Below, one piece after another: positions 13,201 to 26,700 of a DNA stretch of 64,000 nt. This stretch comes from Antedon mediterranea. Taxonomy: Eukaryota; Animalia; Echinodermata. The stretch lies in the NCBI RefSeq assembly GCF_964355755.1, contig NC_092673.1, positions 30,501,648-30,565,647 of the forward strand, in the 5' to 3' direction. The notes under the pieces were generated by a model. That model was not told the DNA's origin and did no database searches. It saw nothing but the letters and a program-made list of their open reading frames with translations. Position 1 is the stretch's first letter. Each line of letters begins with the position of its first letter. Position numbers and translations under genes: made by a program.

Positions 13201-16200
13201 ACAAATCAGATCTCCATAATTTGTATAGCAAACCGATAAGATGTTTTATGTATGTTGATGCAGGAAATCAAATATAATAGTTACTTTTGTTACTAAGGTC
13301 CACACGATCAAAGTTGACTTATCAGGATGCCTTTTTATTGTAGTAGTGTATGTCTTATTTACTTATAATAATTTATTACAGACACTCGTTACAAAGTATA
13401 CTTGTTGCAAGTTTCAGAAGTTTTAAACCACTTTTCCTGCCCTAGGCCTACTTTTCAAAACCCTGTTGAAAAGATACATTACCTCAGCCTGTGCAACGCC
13501 TTCTCCTGAACATTCTATAACAAGTAATCCATCTGTGGGACACTAAAAACAACATGATTTACAACATGATTACTATACCGGAATATTACCAAAAAAACTT
13601 TTAGTCCCTTTTCAAAGACTTACTGTAATTCGTTCTTTTTATGAATGTAAATTAATTCGAATCGATTATGTTGAGTGTGTTTAACTCACTTCTCTTCTCT
13701 GCGATAATGTAGCTGTGGTGTCGGTGATTTCTACAATCTCCTCGTAATTGTTGGTTGATGTAGAAGACAATTCACATCTCATATTAACAGACGTAGTTGA
13801 GGTTTCGCTTGAATATGTTGCTAGAGCTTCAAAGGCAATTGCAGTGTCCTATATTTTAAACAAATCGTTCATATTAATGGCACGAAAAAAATAACATATC
13901 ATTTATTTATTATATATTATATTTAAGATGCATTATCCAATATTAAGTATAGTAATAATAATAATTAATTAATAATATAAATAATAATTGTTGTCGAAAT
14001 ATTTGATCTTATGAAAAAGGTAAGCCTATGTATTTCTCGCAGCATCATATTCATGTTGTACTCTTTCTATTGTACTTTCATTAAATAAGATTGACGTTTA
14101 TATAGTAGGTTGTATTACGTTGAAAAAAAAGAACACCAAATGTCTGTTTCCATTTTCATTAAATAAGAAATGCTAAGCAAAATAATACTAACAGAGGTTG
14201 AACTGAACCCGCGTTTGAAGTCTCTGTGTTCCGTCAGCCAATTCACCATACCGTTTGCATACGTAATCTCATTTCTGTAGACAGCAGTCAATAGCGCATA
14301 ACTTGTTGCTTCGACCGTCAGTGCCTTTGAGTTCATGGTAAAGTGACGTAGGCCCTTAACTATATCAAAGGAGGCGTCTTCTTTCACTTTGGCCCATACT
14401 TCATCTTTAATTATACTGTTTACCACATTCAATGCGTATGCTACAACTGTACGATGGTAAACTGTTTCTAAAGTATTGAAATTAGCCTCGAGGTACGCAA
14501 TAGCTTTTCCGAGTTTGTCGGCATAATTCTGTAAATAACAAAAACATACTTTTAAACATTCTTGGCTCAATCTTAGTGGTTCTAGTATGATGTCAAATTG
14601 AACTATCGTTCCGTAGCAACATTACATTAATTTAGGTTCATACTTACCAAGTTACAGGCCACAGGCTGTTCTAAGTTTCCAGGATTGTATTTTGCCAAAG
14701 TTGTAACAACAAATGCATTCATCATCATGTCGCCACTGATTCCACCCTAGAAATGTCGTGTAAAAAGTGTTAAAGTTATTTTTACAGCGAGAAAAGAGGT
14801 AGCGTACACAAATCTTTCTACGAATGTGCACTTTATATTAGTACTAGACTATTATTGTAGACGGTTGTGTAAAGTAAAATTTTAAAAAGAGATTAAAAGT
14901 CACTTGTACATTCTTGGTACACTTACGGCCATATCTTTGTGAACAACAGAGTTTCCTTCGTAGAATCTACCCTGACCTGCAACCCCTTCGATATCCACAT
15001 ATCGCGTTTCAAAAAATTTAAAAGCGTTACACAATACAGTATCGTCAACGAATCTTCCTAGTACAAGCACGTTGTAGAACGCTTTAACCGTGTAAGCCGT
15101 CAGCCTATTACAAACATGAGAATGTATTCATATCATTTTAGATTTGGTCAAATGAAAATATATGATCCTACTGTTTGCGTTAAATATAACGAATATTTTT
15201 TAGCAATTATTAAAACAAAAGCATAATTGCAGAAATGTACCATTCTAACAGTTATTTGTTGACGTCCCTTAAAAAAGCGAGATATCAACTGTCTATATCT
15301 TAATAGGCAACTAAAACATTTCTTTTTAAACAAAGTGACGCAACGTATTTATTTACAAGTCATTTCTTTTCTATATCGTGAAATAATACTGAATTATACG
15401 CACCAAGTACTGCCAGGTCGGCGATCTCCCCATGCTGAAAACGACCCGTCATCCGTTCTCTGATAGTTGATCATTCTCTGGTAACCTATTGTAAGACAGA
15501 TAAACTTTAGAAAATAGACAATAGTTATGCAATGGTGTGCAGGGTAATTATAACGAATGGACTAATACATCATAATAAATAAAAAAGGGATCAAGAATCG
15601 TGATAGGATCTGTCTTGTTTTGGGCAAGTCGTCCTGAATTGGGATGCTGGTCCAGATTAAAAAAAATCGAATAGAATCTTTCATGAATACATATAGACTC
15701 TGTGGTTAAAATGTGGAAAAGATCCGTCTTTTAGTTTTGACATCCCGTTAAAACAAACACACCCACGCATATCTCGGACAAAAATATAACCTCATTAGGT
15801 AATTATTTAATTAATAATGATAATAATAATATACATTTGCATTATGATTGATAATATATTATACAAAATTTTAAATATTTAATTAAACAAATATACATAC
15901 TTTTGTCAACTTTGCTAAAGCCGCTTTCTTCAACCTCTGCAGTGATTTGAGCGGTTTTGTCGAGGTATAACATCGTGTAGACATTAGCAGACATAAACAT
16001 CATGGTCTGTTCACCACATCCCATTGGCTTACCCAGTAATGAACCAGGGTCTAACCCTTCAATTATTGAACTAACAGAAGGAGTCATAACATCACCTGTT
16101 ATATAAAATAGATAATTGTATTTATTCCAAAAATGACTAAGACAGACACTTTTACGCCGGGAATTAAAGGTTATGACGATATACTAACGCATATAGTACT

Positions 16201-19200
16201 GAAACGACACTTGTGAGATTCTTTACGTTTTGATTATATTATATACTTCAATCGGCCTCAGAAAAGTAAAAGCACTCACATTCTCACTCACTCTCACTCC
16301 TGAGTGCATGGTGTTTCGAAAAAAAATATTATAAAACTTACCAAAGAACGTGATGAAACATTGTTCTGTTCCTGGAATTGCATTGAAGTCAACAATTGCT
16401 ATATCAACAGTGTCCCTCTGTAAACTATTTTCATGGTCAGTGAATGCTGTAACAAATATATTCATTACTTATTATTATTATTAGTGTCAAGTTAATTTAC
16501 TCATGTGTCAACCTTATGAACCATTGCAACTAGTAGTACTGATCAACAATTTTATCAAAATGTTTCAACGACAAAACATGGATTTGAAAACAATGCATTC
16601 CGATACTGTACGTCTACTAACTTTCTGGCTTAAATGGAAATTCGTTATCCAACGGTTGATCAGGCTCTTGAACTTCTCCTTCTTCAGCTTCACTTGCACG
16701 TGACCCAGTAGGATCGATCAACAATACTTTAGAATGGTACCTTTCAACTCCTTCAGGCTAATATTAAATATACAATTATATAAAAAAAAAAGGTGTATCC
16801 ATTTTCAAAGAAAATATTTTGTTAGAGAAATGCACATTACACATTTTAACACTGTAAAATAGATTTTAAAAAAGAAAACGATATGGCCTCCAATCAGATG
16901 ATGACGCTAGTTACTATTCGTTATGCGTGATTAAATAATAAATGATGACGTAATGCACAATATTGTACAACACGTTGTTCACTTTCGATGTGTTTTCGAC
17001 GTTCATTGTTACTATCGTGAATTGTAACAGGCCACATTTTAATGAATTAACTTGATTGAACGGTATAAAAACTATTACTACACAAATACATTGAATTAAG
17101 CAAACTTACCACAACCAATATTTGTTTTCTAATTCCGTCATTTCCAGAAGTAGTGAATGCTTTGACCTCAATTTGAGGATTACCGACGTTAAAGGGGATA
17201 ATATTAAAGTATGTTGTCCGTGCATCGTTCTTTGGTACAGTCAACTGGTGCTTAGGTCCCTTAATTCCAGGGAGACTTTCTGAACAAACGCCGTCTACAC
17301 CATACAAATACATGTTTCCCTTCAAAGAATAAATGAATATAAAAATTAACGTAATTATTTTTTAATGAAAAAGACAGATAATCATATGGTTTAGTAGAAT
17401 TTTAATGTATGACATACTGCAATACAACTCGTCGGTTATGGCAATCACCAACTTAATAATTGATATAGACCTAGCTCTATAATAGATCATAGAGTGAAGA
17501 TTGGCTATTATAAGGTAAATTAAACGTTGTTAAATACTAACGGTGACTTCTCTACTTCCATAATTAAAAAGCGTAGCTTGGATTTGTGTCTGTTCGCCTC
17601 TGACCATTGAGTACGGCATCTTCAGCTGTATAAATACATCTTTTGAAACCTCTATCTCTTTTTCTTCTGCTACACACATTCCCATTGCAGCGGAAACTGA
17701 TGAAGCCTGTACAATCCAGTTAGTGATACTGTCCGGCACGGAGAAGTCAATGACTATCTGTCTGCTATCACTAGATATAAAATAAATCATAATTATGGTT
17801 ATGTTTTGACAACGTCTTCCACAGTAGATATTGTTTTTCCCTGATAACATGCTACTCCTCTGAGCCGGTCGAAGTCACGCGGTGGATTGCAAATTCCGAT
17901 GAATTTGATACACCATGTGTATCGATGCGTTGAGGTCTAGTTGAATATTTTCAGTACTTACGGAATCTCATACTCTTCAAAAATCCAAGTTTCTGGGAAA
18001 TTACTTCTGACGTTGACAGTTGATTCGTCCTCATCTATGTCAATATCTAAATTTGTATTTCTACCGGCAACCACATTGCGTTCTTCTTCCTTTTGTTCAC
18101 AACAGAAAAAGAAAGCTGCAACCACTTCACCCAACAAGGCAGGATCTGGTGGACTGCCATAATCCTCTGGAAGGTCGATGTTTTTTCTTCTTGCGAATTT
18201 CTTGATTCGATCTACACATGTTTTTCCTGGGATGTGGAGGAAGCCACTTTCACAAGCGGAGCACACATCAACGTCATATTCGAACTCTTTGTAACATTTC
18301 TGATTTTCTAATAAAATATTAATATGAAAATGATAGATTGAATGATAACATGCAGTACTCTGTAAGGTAGGTAGACTAAATTTAGTAGTAACTAAGCGGA
18401 ACCAATATTTTGAAATTAAGTGCTGATATCCCTTTTTTCCACTGGTGGCAATTTTCAAAATGTCTGAAGGAGGGTGTAGGGGGTCGAAGGAAGAGAGCTA
18501 TTGTAACGTTCATTGGCGTAACGCATAGAACACGAGTCTCCTGTTTTGGGACGCAGAGGCCCAATACTAGAGGGTTTTGACGTTTTCAACCTTTTTCGAC
18601 ACATTTGAATGCCTGTTTTCTTCCTCTAGACCCTGCTCAGGGGCCTCATAAGCGCAGGGGCCTCTGGGTTTAGCCAATGTAGTAATGTTGCATATGCATT
18701 GTATGCATTCATTATGTTACTTTACTAGCACTGGTTTGTCTATCTATTTATGTGGGCTAACTAAAACTTTTTTTTGTAACTAAAAGAAAGCTGGACAAAG
18801 TCAGCTAAAACCAAAGCCGACTTGGCGGCTCACATACTTTGTCATTGATAATGAAAAATATTATATTAATGATAATGTTGAGGAAATGTACAAAATAGTT
18901 TCTATCTCACCTGAAACAGCACGCCTTCTTCTATTGTCTGATTCTGTTGGACATCCATACCCTAATATAAAATAAATTCTATGTTATATTTAATTTATTT
19001 AGACTTTTAAAATACAGTTTGTTTGGCCAGCATACCGACCCTTTCTTTTTACCCTACTACCAATATATTTTCCATTTAGAAACACAATAATTCAAAAGTT
19101 TTAATTGTTTTTTTTCAACTTTTAAGGAAGTTATTCCACTGTAGTACAGTAATTTAAATGTGTTTAGTCTTTAACCGGTTTATACAATTATGTTTATTTT

Positions 19201-20745
19201 TGGTTAATTATGCATTGTAGGCCTATTATATATAAAATTATACGTTTTTGAGAAAAAAAATGTAGTTTGTGCAATAACTGCAGTAAACTAATTTTAAAAC
19301 GATCCCGTAATATGCCTACAGAAATAATTTTAATTGTATTTCACATACCTTGGCGAACACTGGTTTTACCAAAATTTGCGCTTGTTAGTGCTACCAGTCC
19401 AGCATTCTCAAATATTTCTTTACTATTTCCACCGCCGCCTGGTCCACATCCAAGATCAAGAGTCTCCATTCTTTGGAACATCTGAAATTGACAAAATTTC
19501 AACAGTTGTAATTGAAGTTATTTTCAATTAAATCAAGAGAGAAGATAAAAAATAGAAAAAGAAAATTCTCGAAACCGTTTGAGATAATTTATATAATACT
19601 TAATAAGGTGTCTCTTTCGATAACAATGATTGATTAACAAATAACTTTCGATAGATGAATCATCAATAATATAAAAAAAACACAGTAGGGAACTAGGAAA
19701 CTTTTGTTTGCAAACTCGAGCAAGTTTTCAGAAGTTTTCCAGGGTGTAGACCAGTTGAAAAATGTAGGTAAATTGCAACCATTATTTTGCAAAAGTTAGG
19801 CAATGCACCTAATTAGTTTTCTGATGTTTGTGAACTTGGTGAATTAAATAACAGTCTGTAGTGATGTGATCATGCAGGTGGATACAATAACAATACTGGT
19901 TGCTAGTGTAGATTAAAGAACTTAAGCTCTGTCTACACTATCAAACTTTATGTGACAAACGAATGTGATGTGCCCATTATTATATAAACATGATGAAGTT
20001 ATATCACTACTAATAGTGTAGACAAAGCTTTTGATGACAAATTCCACGTTTAGTAATGTATATTGAAGGATAAATATGTAAAAGACTTCTACTATTATTA
20101 TACATGAAGGCAAACACAAAATTAAGTAAAGAACAATAGGATGAACAAATGATCCCAAACCTTCTTTTTCGTCAGACGATGGAAATCTTTGAGAAAGTAG
20201 ACGGCTTCATCAACAGCAAGCAATCCTACTCGACTCTGAGGTTCAGCAATGATTGTAAACTGAACAACATCACCGGGTGAACGAGTAGCATCGTCTGGTC
20301 TCACAATTAGCTGCAATATAAATAAAGTATAAATATAAAGTTGTAATTATGAAGATTCCTAATCAACAATAATTTCTCCGTACCAATAAATTATTTATAT
20401 ACAAACAATTTCAATAGAATCAGCGAATATTTAGTGTTTAATCGATTACCTATAGAAACGCAGTCATTCAATTTTATTTACCGTTTTGCTACATATTTAG
20501 TTTATTTTTGATCATTTTCGCTAAATTACCTGAGATTGGCATTCATCAACGATATCCAATAAAATGGAGTCTGCGACAATTTCGTTGCCAACAAATGAAA
20601 ATATAACAAGTCTTGCACTTGGAGCCATGTCTTTTGTTATACCAATTCGGATTGTCTTCTGAGCTCCAAGATTAGAATTTAAGTCTGTGTAAGTTTGCAC
20701 GATTTTTCCGCGTACTATAACCTGCAAATAAATTAAATAAGATTA

Positions 20746-20781
<36 letters not shown>

Positions 20782-23700
20782 TAAAAGTATACACTACAAA
20801 CAATACAAATAGATAGAAACAATATTAAACCGTATTTAAAATAACTTACGAAATAGCTAATACCAAATACATCAACAGTTCCAGACTTCACTACTTCTGC
20901 TTCGTAATTTTCTACAACCTAATGAAAAGGAAACAAATTGACGAAATTACGAAATAATTACTTGCAGGCAGGTGGAGCACAGGAAGGCAGTTTGAATTCA
21001 TTCATTTTTACTCTAGTAGCTTAATTATTATCTCTATTGTTTACCTGTATTTCACCAGCAGGTACACGAATTTGCAAATACGCACCACTTGGACTGTCGA
21101 TGGGATAGACTGTAAATGTGTAGAAACCGTTGGCGTCAGTCGGATAATTATTATCCAAAGTTTTGATCTGAAAAGCAATCACGAATTAATCTTTAATTTT
21201 GTATTTTCTCAACATGTAAATAAGGTGACCTTTCCTGTTCGCTCGCATCGGAGCTAATATCTAGGGGTCCTCTTCATCCAATTAAAATTGCAATACAAAT
21301 TTGTGCCTCAACCCCGGTTCACAACGTTAAAAACATTTGTGTATTAAACATCGTAAAGTATTTACGTTTTTTTTTTAAATTGTAAAACTCAAGAGAAGAG
21401 AGTCATATAAAGTGAATAGAGAGTGATCTAGTAACTCCACAATGGTTCTGTACATTCCTAACCACCCTTTCTGAACGCCTGTGACTAATAGTGTCAAGCT
21501 CTCTCTGAATACTCACTGTAACTTCAATTCTTTCAGTGTTCTGGTTAACGTCCAGTCTGAAGTCGACTTGACCAAGGCCATTACTACTTCTTTCCAACTC
21601 AAAATCTGCAGTGCCAGTAAGCGGAGTGGCTACTCCTTCTGGGTTATAGCCAAGCCCTTCTATCAATGTCGGTACATTGACACCAGGGGTGCCATCAGAA
21701 TGGAATATGTCAATCTGAATAAGAAAGAACAAATGCAATGGATAAGAAGCCAGTGGTCCGATGCTACCTTCTGAGGGATTACGGCTGAACGCCTCTAAAT
21801 CGGAATCTCGTCTCTCGTGTGCGACGATAATTTCGGTGCCATGCAAGCGGGAGGAACAGAATAGAACAGGGAAGGACCGAATCCCACCAAAAAAACCTTT
21901 ATACAAACAGTGCGCGGCTTATGTAAACTACCCTTATGTATCTAAATACTTATATTCTTAGGTTTATATTTTAATCCTGGGCCAATTACCCCAGTGGCGG
22001 GGCCAGTATTTCTATATGTTGATGAACTATTGATAAAAAAAATCATTTAGATCATGATATAGGAGTTCTTTATGGAAGCGAAAATTAGAAATACGCCTAT
22101 TAGTAGGTAGACAAACGCATCTTTCCACCAACTTCTGAATTCAATAGTACAAATATATGCCTATTATTACCTAGGTGCATATAGTTTATATATGGCTCGT
22201 TGAATAACTCCAATATATAAATAGCCCTACGTTGTATTACATCACTTGGGAAACAAACAAGCTGCTTTACCTTGACGTCAAAAGTTGTGCCTTTCTTGTA
22301 ATTGCTAATGGTTCTATCTCGTTTGAACGTGTACACTTGTCTCACAAATTTAGCAGCACTGATAGTCGTGTTCTCTCTATCACCAGTCGCTTGTTCTGTA
22401 ACTATAGCTTCTATTTTCAACCTGGCGCCTACAAATTTAGCGAACCAGTCTGCACCGTCAGAGTCTGCTGGCGTTACAGTAAATGTGGCTCTTCCTTGTT
22501 CATTAAGCTGATGACGGAAACAGTATTATACATGACACGATGATTCAATATGATAAAGATAACATTAAAGTTCACCTTAATATTTAATATCTTCCGCAAA
22601 AATGAGGCATTGTGAATGTTCACAAATATTGGGAACATTATTGACAAACATAACATAAAGAACAAAAAGGTTCCACATTATTCACAATGAAAGCAAATTA
22701 CACCGATATTAACAGTCATGAGTTTGATTTAATTTGAGTTATTTTTGTATGCCTAAATGATAGACATTCAACAACTGGGGTGTTAACTTTAACAGAATCA
22801 CAGCTCAATCAGATACGTCATTAGGAAGGCGCACTCTAGTTGTTTAGTTTCTCTATGGCATATGCCTATTTACCTCTTTAGCTTCAGCTGCAAATCGAGT
22901 GATTTCCTGACCGCTTTTAACAACACTCATCACTACTTGAGCTTTGCCTCTAACTTCTTTATTGTATACATATCTGTAAGTTAAAGCCATTTGCAAAAAC
23001 ATAAATTTCTTTACTCTAACAAGCTACGATAATTTTAAAAAATATTTCAACTGAACTAACTAAGATTCTATCATTTGCATTGTAATTATCGAAGGCTCGT
23101 GGCGCGGCGGCTCAAGCACATTTCACTAGCGACGCAACGTAACGCAATCGACGCAACGTAAAGCTTGGTTCCCACTAGAACGTAACGCAAGGACGTAAAC
23201 ACAACGCAATGGTTTTAACCAATGACAAGCGAAGTTATAGACAGTTAGCAATCACAAGCGAATAAGCCATCGCTTGTGATTGGTCAATTCACTTGCGTTG
23301 CGTTACGCCCTTGTGTTGCGTCGCTAGTGGGAACCACGCTTAAGAAAATGCCCTTCCAATAACTGTTGCGTGGTCCATTCCCACTTGTGATTACGCAATA
23401 CAGCACGTTGCATCAATGTGTCGTTGCGTTGCGTTCTTGTGGGAACCACGCTTTATAATTGGAGTTTTACTGTAACACGGTATGATATTATTCACTAACT
23501 CTGGCCTACAACTTACCTAGCAGTAACTGTAGCAAAGATTGCATTGTCAGAAGGAATAATTTGACTTTGACCTTCGATGATGACTTCAAATGTTGGTAAA
23601 ACTGTGAAATGAAAAATTAGTTTAAGAAATTATAAGAAAGGTTGCTGCCGCGTTACAAATAATTCAACATTGGATCTCTCTCGCAACCCAGAACGTAAGA

Positions 23701-26700
23701 ACAACGCAATTAACCAATCAGGACGCGATGGGTCATCTAAACCTTTACTTTTGATTGGTTAATTCATTTACATTGTGTCCAAGCGAGATCCACGTTTTAA
23801 CGTACCAACGATAATGAGAGTAGTAGGTACGTTAGTCACTCTCTTTTATCATGTTCATGTCAGTTCAGTTATATTTTAACTTGTAAATTCTGGGCAATAA
23901 ACAAATTATTTCTTGGCTTACCGTATTCTTTAAGTTCAAACTGAACAGTACTCTTCCATTCATACTAACAAATACAAAATATAAACGTGTTTTTACTTTT
24001 AGGAAAAATGACTTTTAGTACAAAAAGAATAGGAAAACAGATGAAATCAAGTATGGTTGTGGGTTTCTATCAAACTTTATGTGACAAAAAAGTAATGTAA
24101 TGTGGCCATATATGGACATGATGATGTCATATCACTACCATATTTGGGCATATCACTACCATATTTGGGCACATCACACTTTTTTATAGTGTAGACAGAG
24201 CTTTAATTTACTTCCTTTTGGAAACACATGGTGTATCATAAACTTAAAAACAAACGAATTCAAGATAAAACTTTATTTTTTAAAACAGAACAGTATTTGG
24301 TTGGCCACTGGAAGTATAAGACTTACGTTTCGGCCATAATGTACATTGATAGTCCAGATTCCAAAAGTAGGATAGCTGGAGAATGAGAAAATCTCAGTGA
24401 TGTATCCCGTGTTAGTGCTGAGGTCATCTCGTCGCTCGATTATCGAACCTCTTGGCGTTGTAATCTCCAGACGTACGTTTCTGTCAGTTGGTTTCATTTC
24501 CTCGTTCAAAGAAATTACTCGAATTTTAACTAATAAATAGAGAAATGATATATTAAATTTTGATTTACATAATACTGCTGTACCTCTGCGTTTGATGTAT
24601 TATATTAATATATAATCCCATATAGTATTTTCTATGGCCTGAGGGAGGTGGGATATAAATAAAACAGATGTTTGCTTCCATGTTCATCCTTTGTTGGAGC
24701 TGCTTATGTTTTTAAATTTGTATGTATAATCGAATAATGAATACAAAATTATATTGTTTAATATTTTTAGTCAATAAATCATTTGCTTAAATGAAGAATT
24801 GTGACAATTCTCTTTAAAATAATATAAAAATACAAAATACTAGGCATTCCTTTTATCTTAAATTGACTTCTGCTTTTAGTAAAGCTTTGTCTACACTATC
24901 AAACTAGTTTGGCAAAAAAAAGTGTGATGTGCCCAAATATGGTAGGGATATGGTTTCATCGTGTCCATGGGCATATCATATTTTTGGTCACATACAGTTT
25001 GATAGTGTAGACAGCTTAAAGATACCTAATCAATTTAAGCGTATTTCGTTTATTTTTTGTTATAATTTGATGGACAAATTAATTTGATGGACAAATTAAT
25101 TTGATTAGCAGCAAAATATAGTACTTAGGTGTATTAAAATTATGAATGTAAACAATGAGATCAGACGAAACATAACAAATCTATAGAACAAATTTAGGGG
25201 ACTCTTAATATCAGTTCATTTTTAATGAAGAATCTACACGTGTTTATATTGTGGAAAATAAAATTCTGTGGCCATACCTGTATAGGGATTAGTTTAAGCT
25301 GTTGAATCATACACATATTCAACTTCCAGAATTGACTTAGAACTAGTAAGAAATTAAATTGTGTAGGCCTACATACCTTCTTGATCAGGGGTATAGATAG
25401 GTTTGTCGGTCTGGATAAACACAACTTGATTTTTAGTTGTCACTAACACAATAGCACTTTTGTCAAATGACAGACGGTTGTCGTCAGAAAACGCACGTAA
25501 AGTTAACGTTGGGATCTCCTCATCCGATGGTAGATCAGCTACGTTCACAATGAATGTCATCACCTTTGGTTCACCTGGTTAAACCAATGAATTTATATTA
25601 CTTTCAAAATTGATGTTTTTGTTCGAGGCATTAGGCTGATAAATTATGCTACAAAAAACCAACAGATAGAAATCGCCGTCTCCCGCTGCTCAGATGTACT
25701 CCGTAGCCAAAATCCACAAGACATAGTGTTCATGGTGTTTGGAGATAAATTCGGCGGAATTTAAGCGAGAATAAAGGTTTACTTTTAACAATAGGTATAA
25801 TTTTATTTTCAAATATTAATATGTACTACCGATATTACTGAATTGTTGCAATCAACGGCCACATTTTTTAGATTATTGTGGGATTAATTTATGCGACCGA
25901 ATATCAACACCTTCGCCGTCAAAAGCATACTAACACAGACGAGCGAGAACGGTAATAAAAGTACAGAATCTATGTTGTTCCTTATGACCATTTACAGTTT
26001 CCGCTTTGAGAATAGAGACAGATTCTACAGGTTTTGCGCTCGTCTGTGTAAATTCCTCTTACGCTTGGATATAAATGCGGCTGAATGAGAATACAAATTT
26101 ACTTTATAAATGTGTTATAAAACAACATAATTACGAATGTTCTGCATTTGATTTGTTAAATAGAGAGAATATTTTCATCTGTTGAATGTTCGAATTATTC
26201 AATAGAACATTTATATGAATATTTAACGTATTCAACTCATAAGCATTACTTCTTGACTACTATATTCAAATCAAATTAGGACTAACTGTCCTACACGAAA
26301 TCAAATACAGTAGGAGATGTAGCATCAATCAAAAATAATGGAAAAATGTTATGTCTATTATAAACATTGTAAAGTGTGTATATTATAATAATACAAGGCA
26401 CACACACGATACGAATAGAAGATCAAGTATTTACCAGCTGTTACGGCACTGGTTTGACTGGCAATTTCTATGCCGTCACTGGTAGTAAGAGTAACTGTTA
26501 CTGGAACAGCTATCGGTCCATTTCCATCTGATCCAAAGATCGATACGAGTACATCTTCTTCAACATTTGTACGGAAAACATCTGGAGCAGTGATTAAATA
26601 ATCACTTGAAAAGAAGAAAATATGTTTGATTACATCCAAAGAACTTATAACACAAGAATCTCCTGTTCGTCTGAAGCTGGTAACAATTTCGAAAGGCATT

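Noticed and set aside
22509-22525. CTGATGA..GAAAC hammerhead-like core
   Set aside because: No stem II or flanking helices; it is simply the antisense of a C3 splice acceptor.
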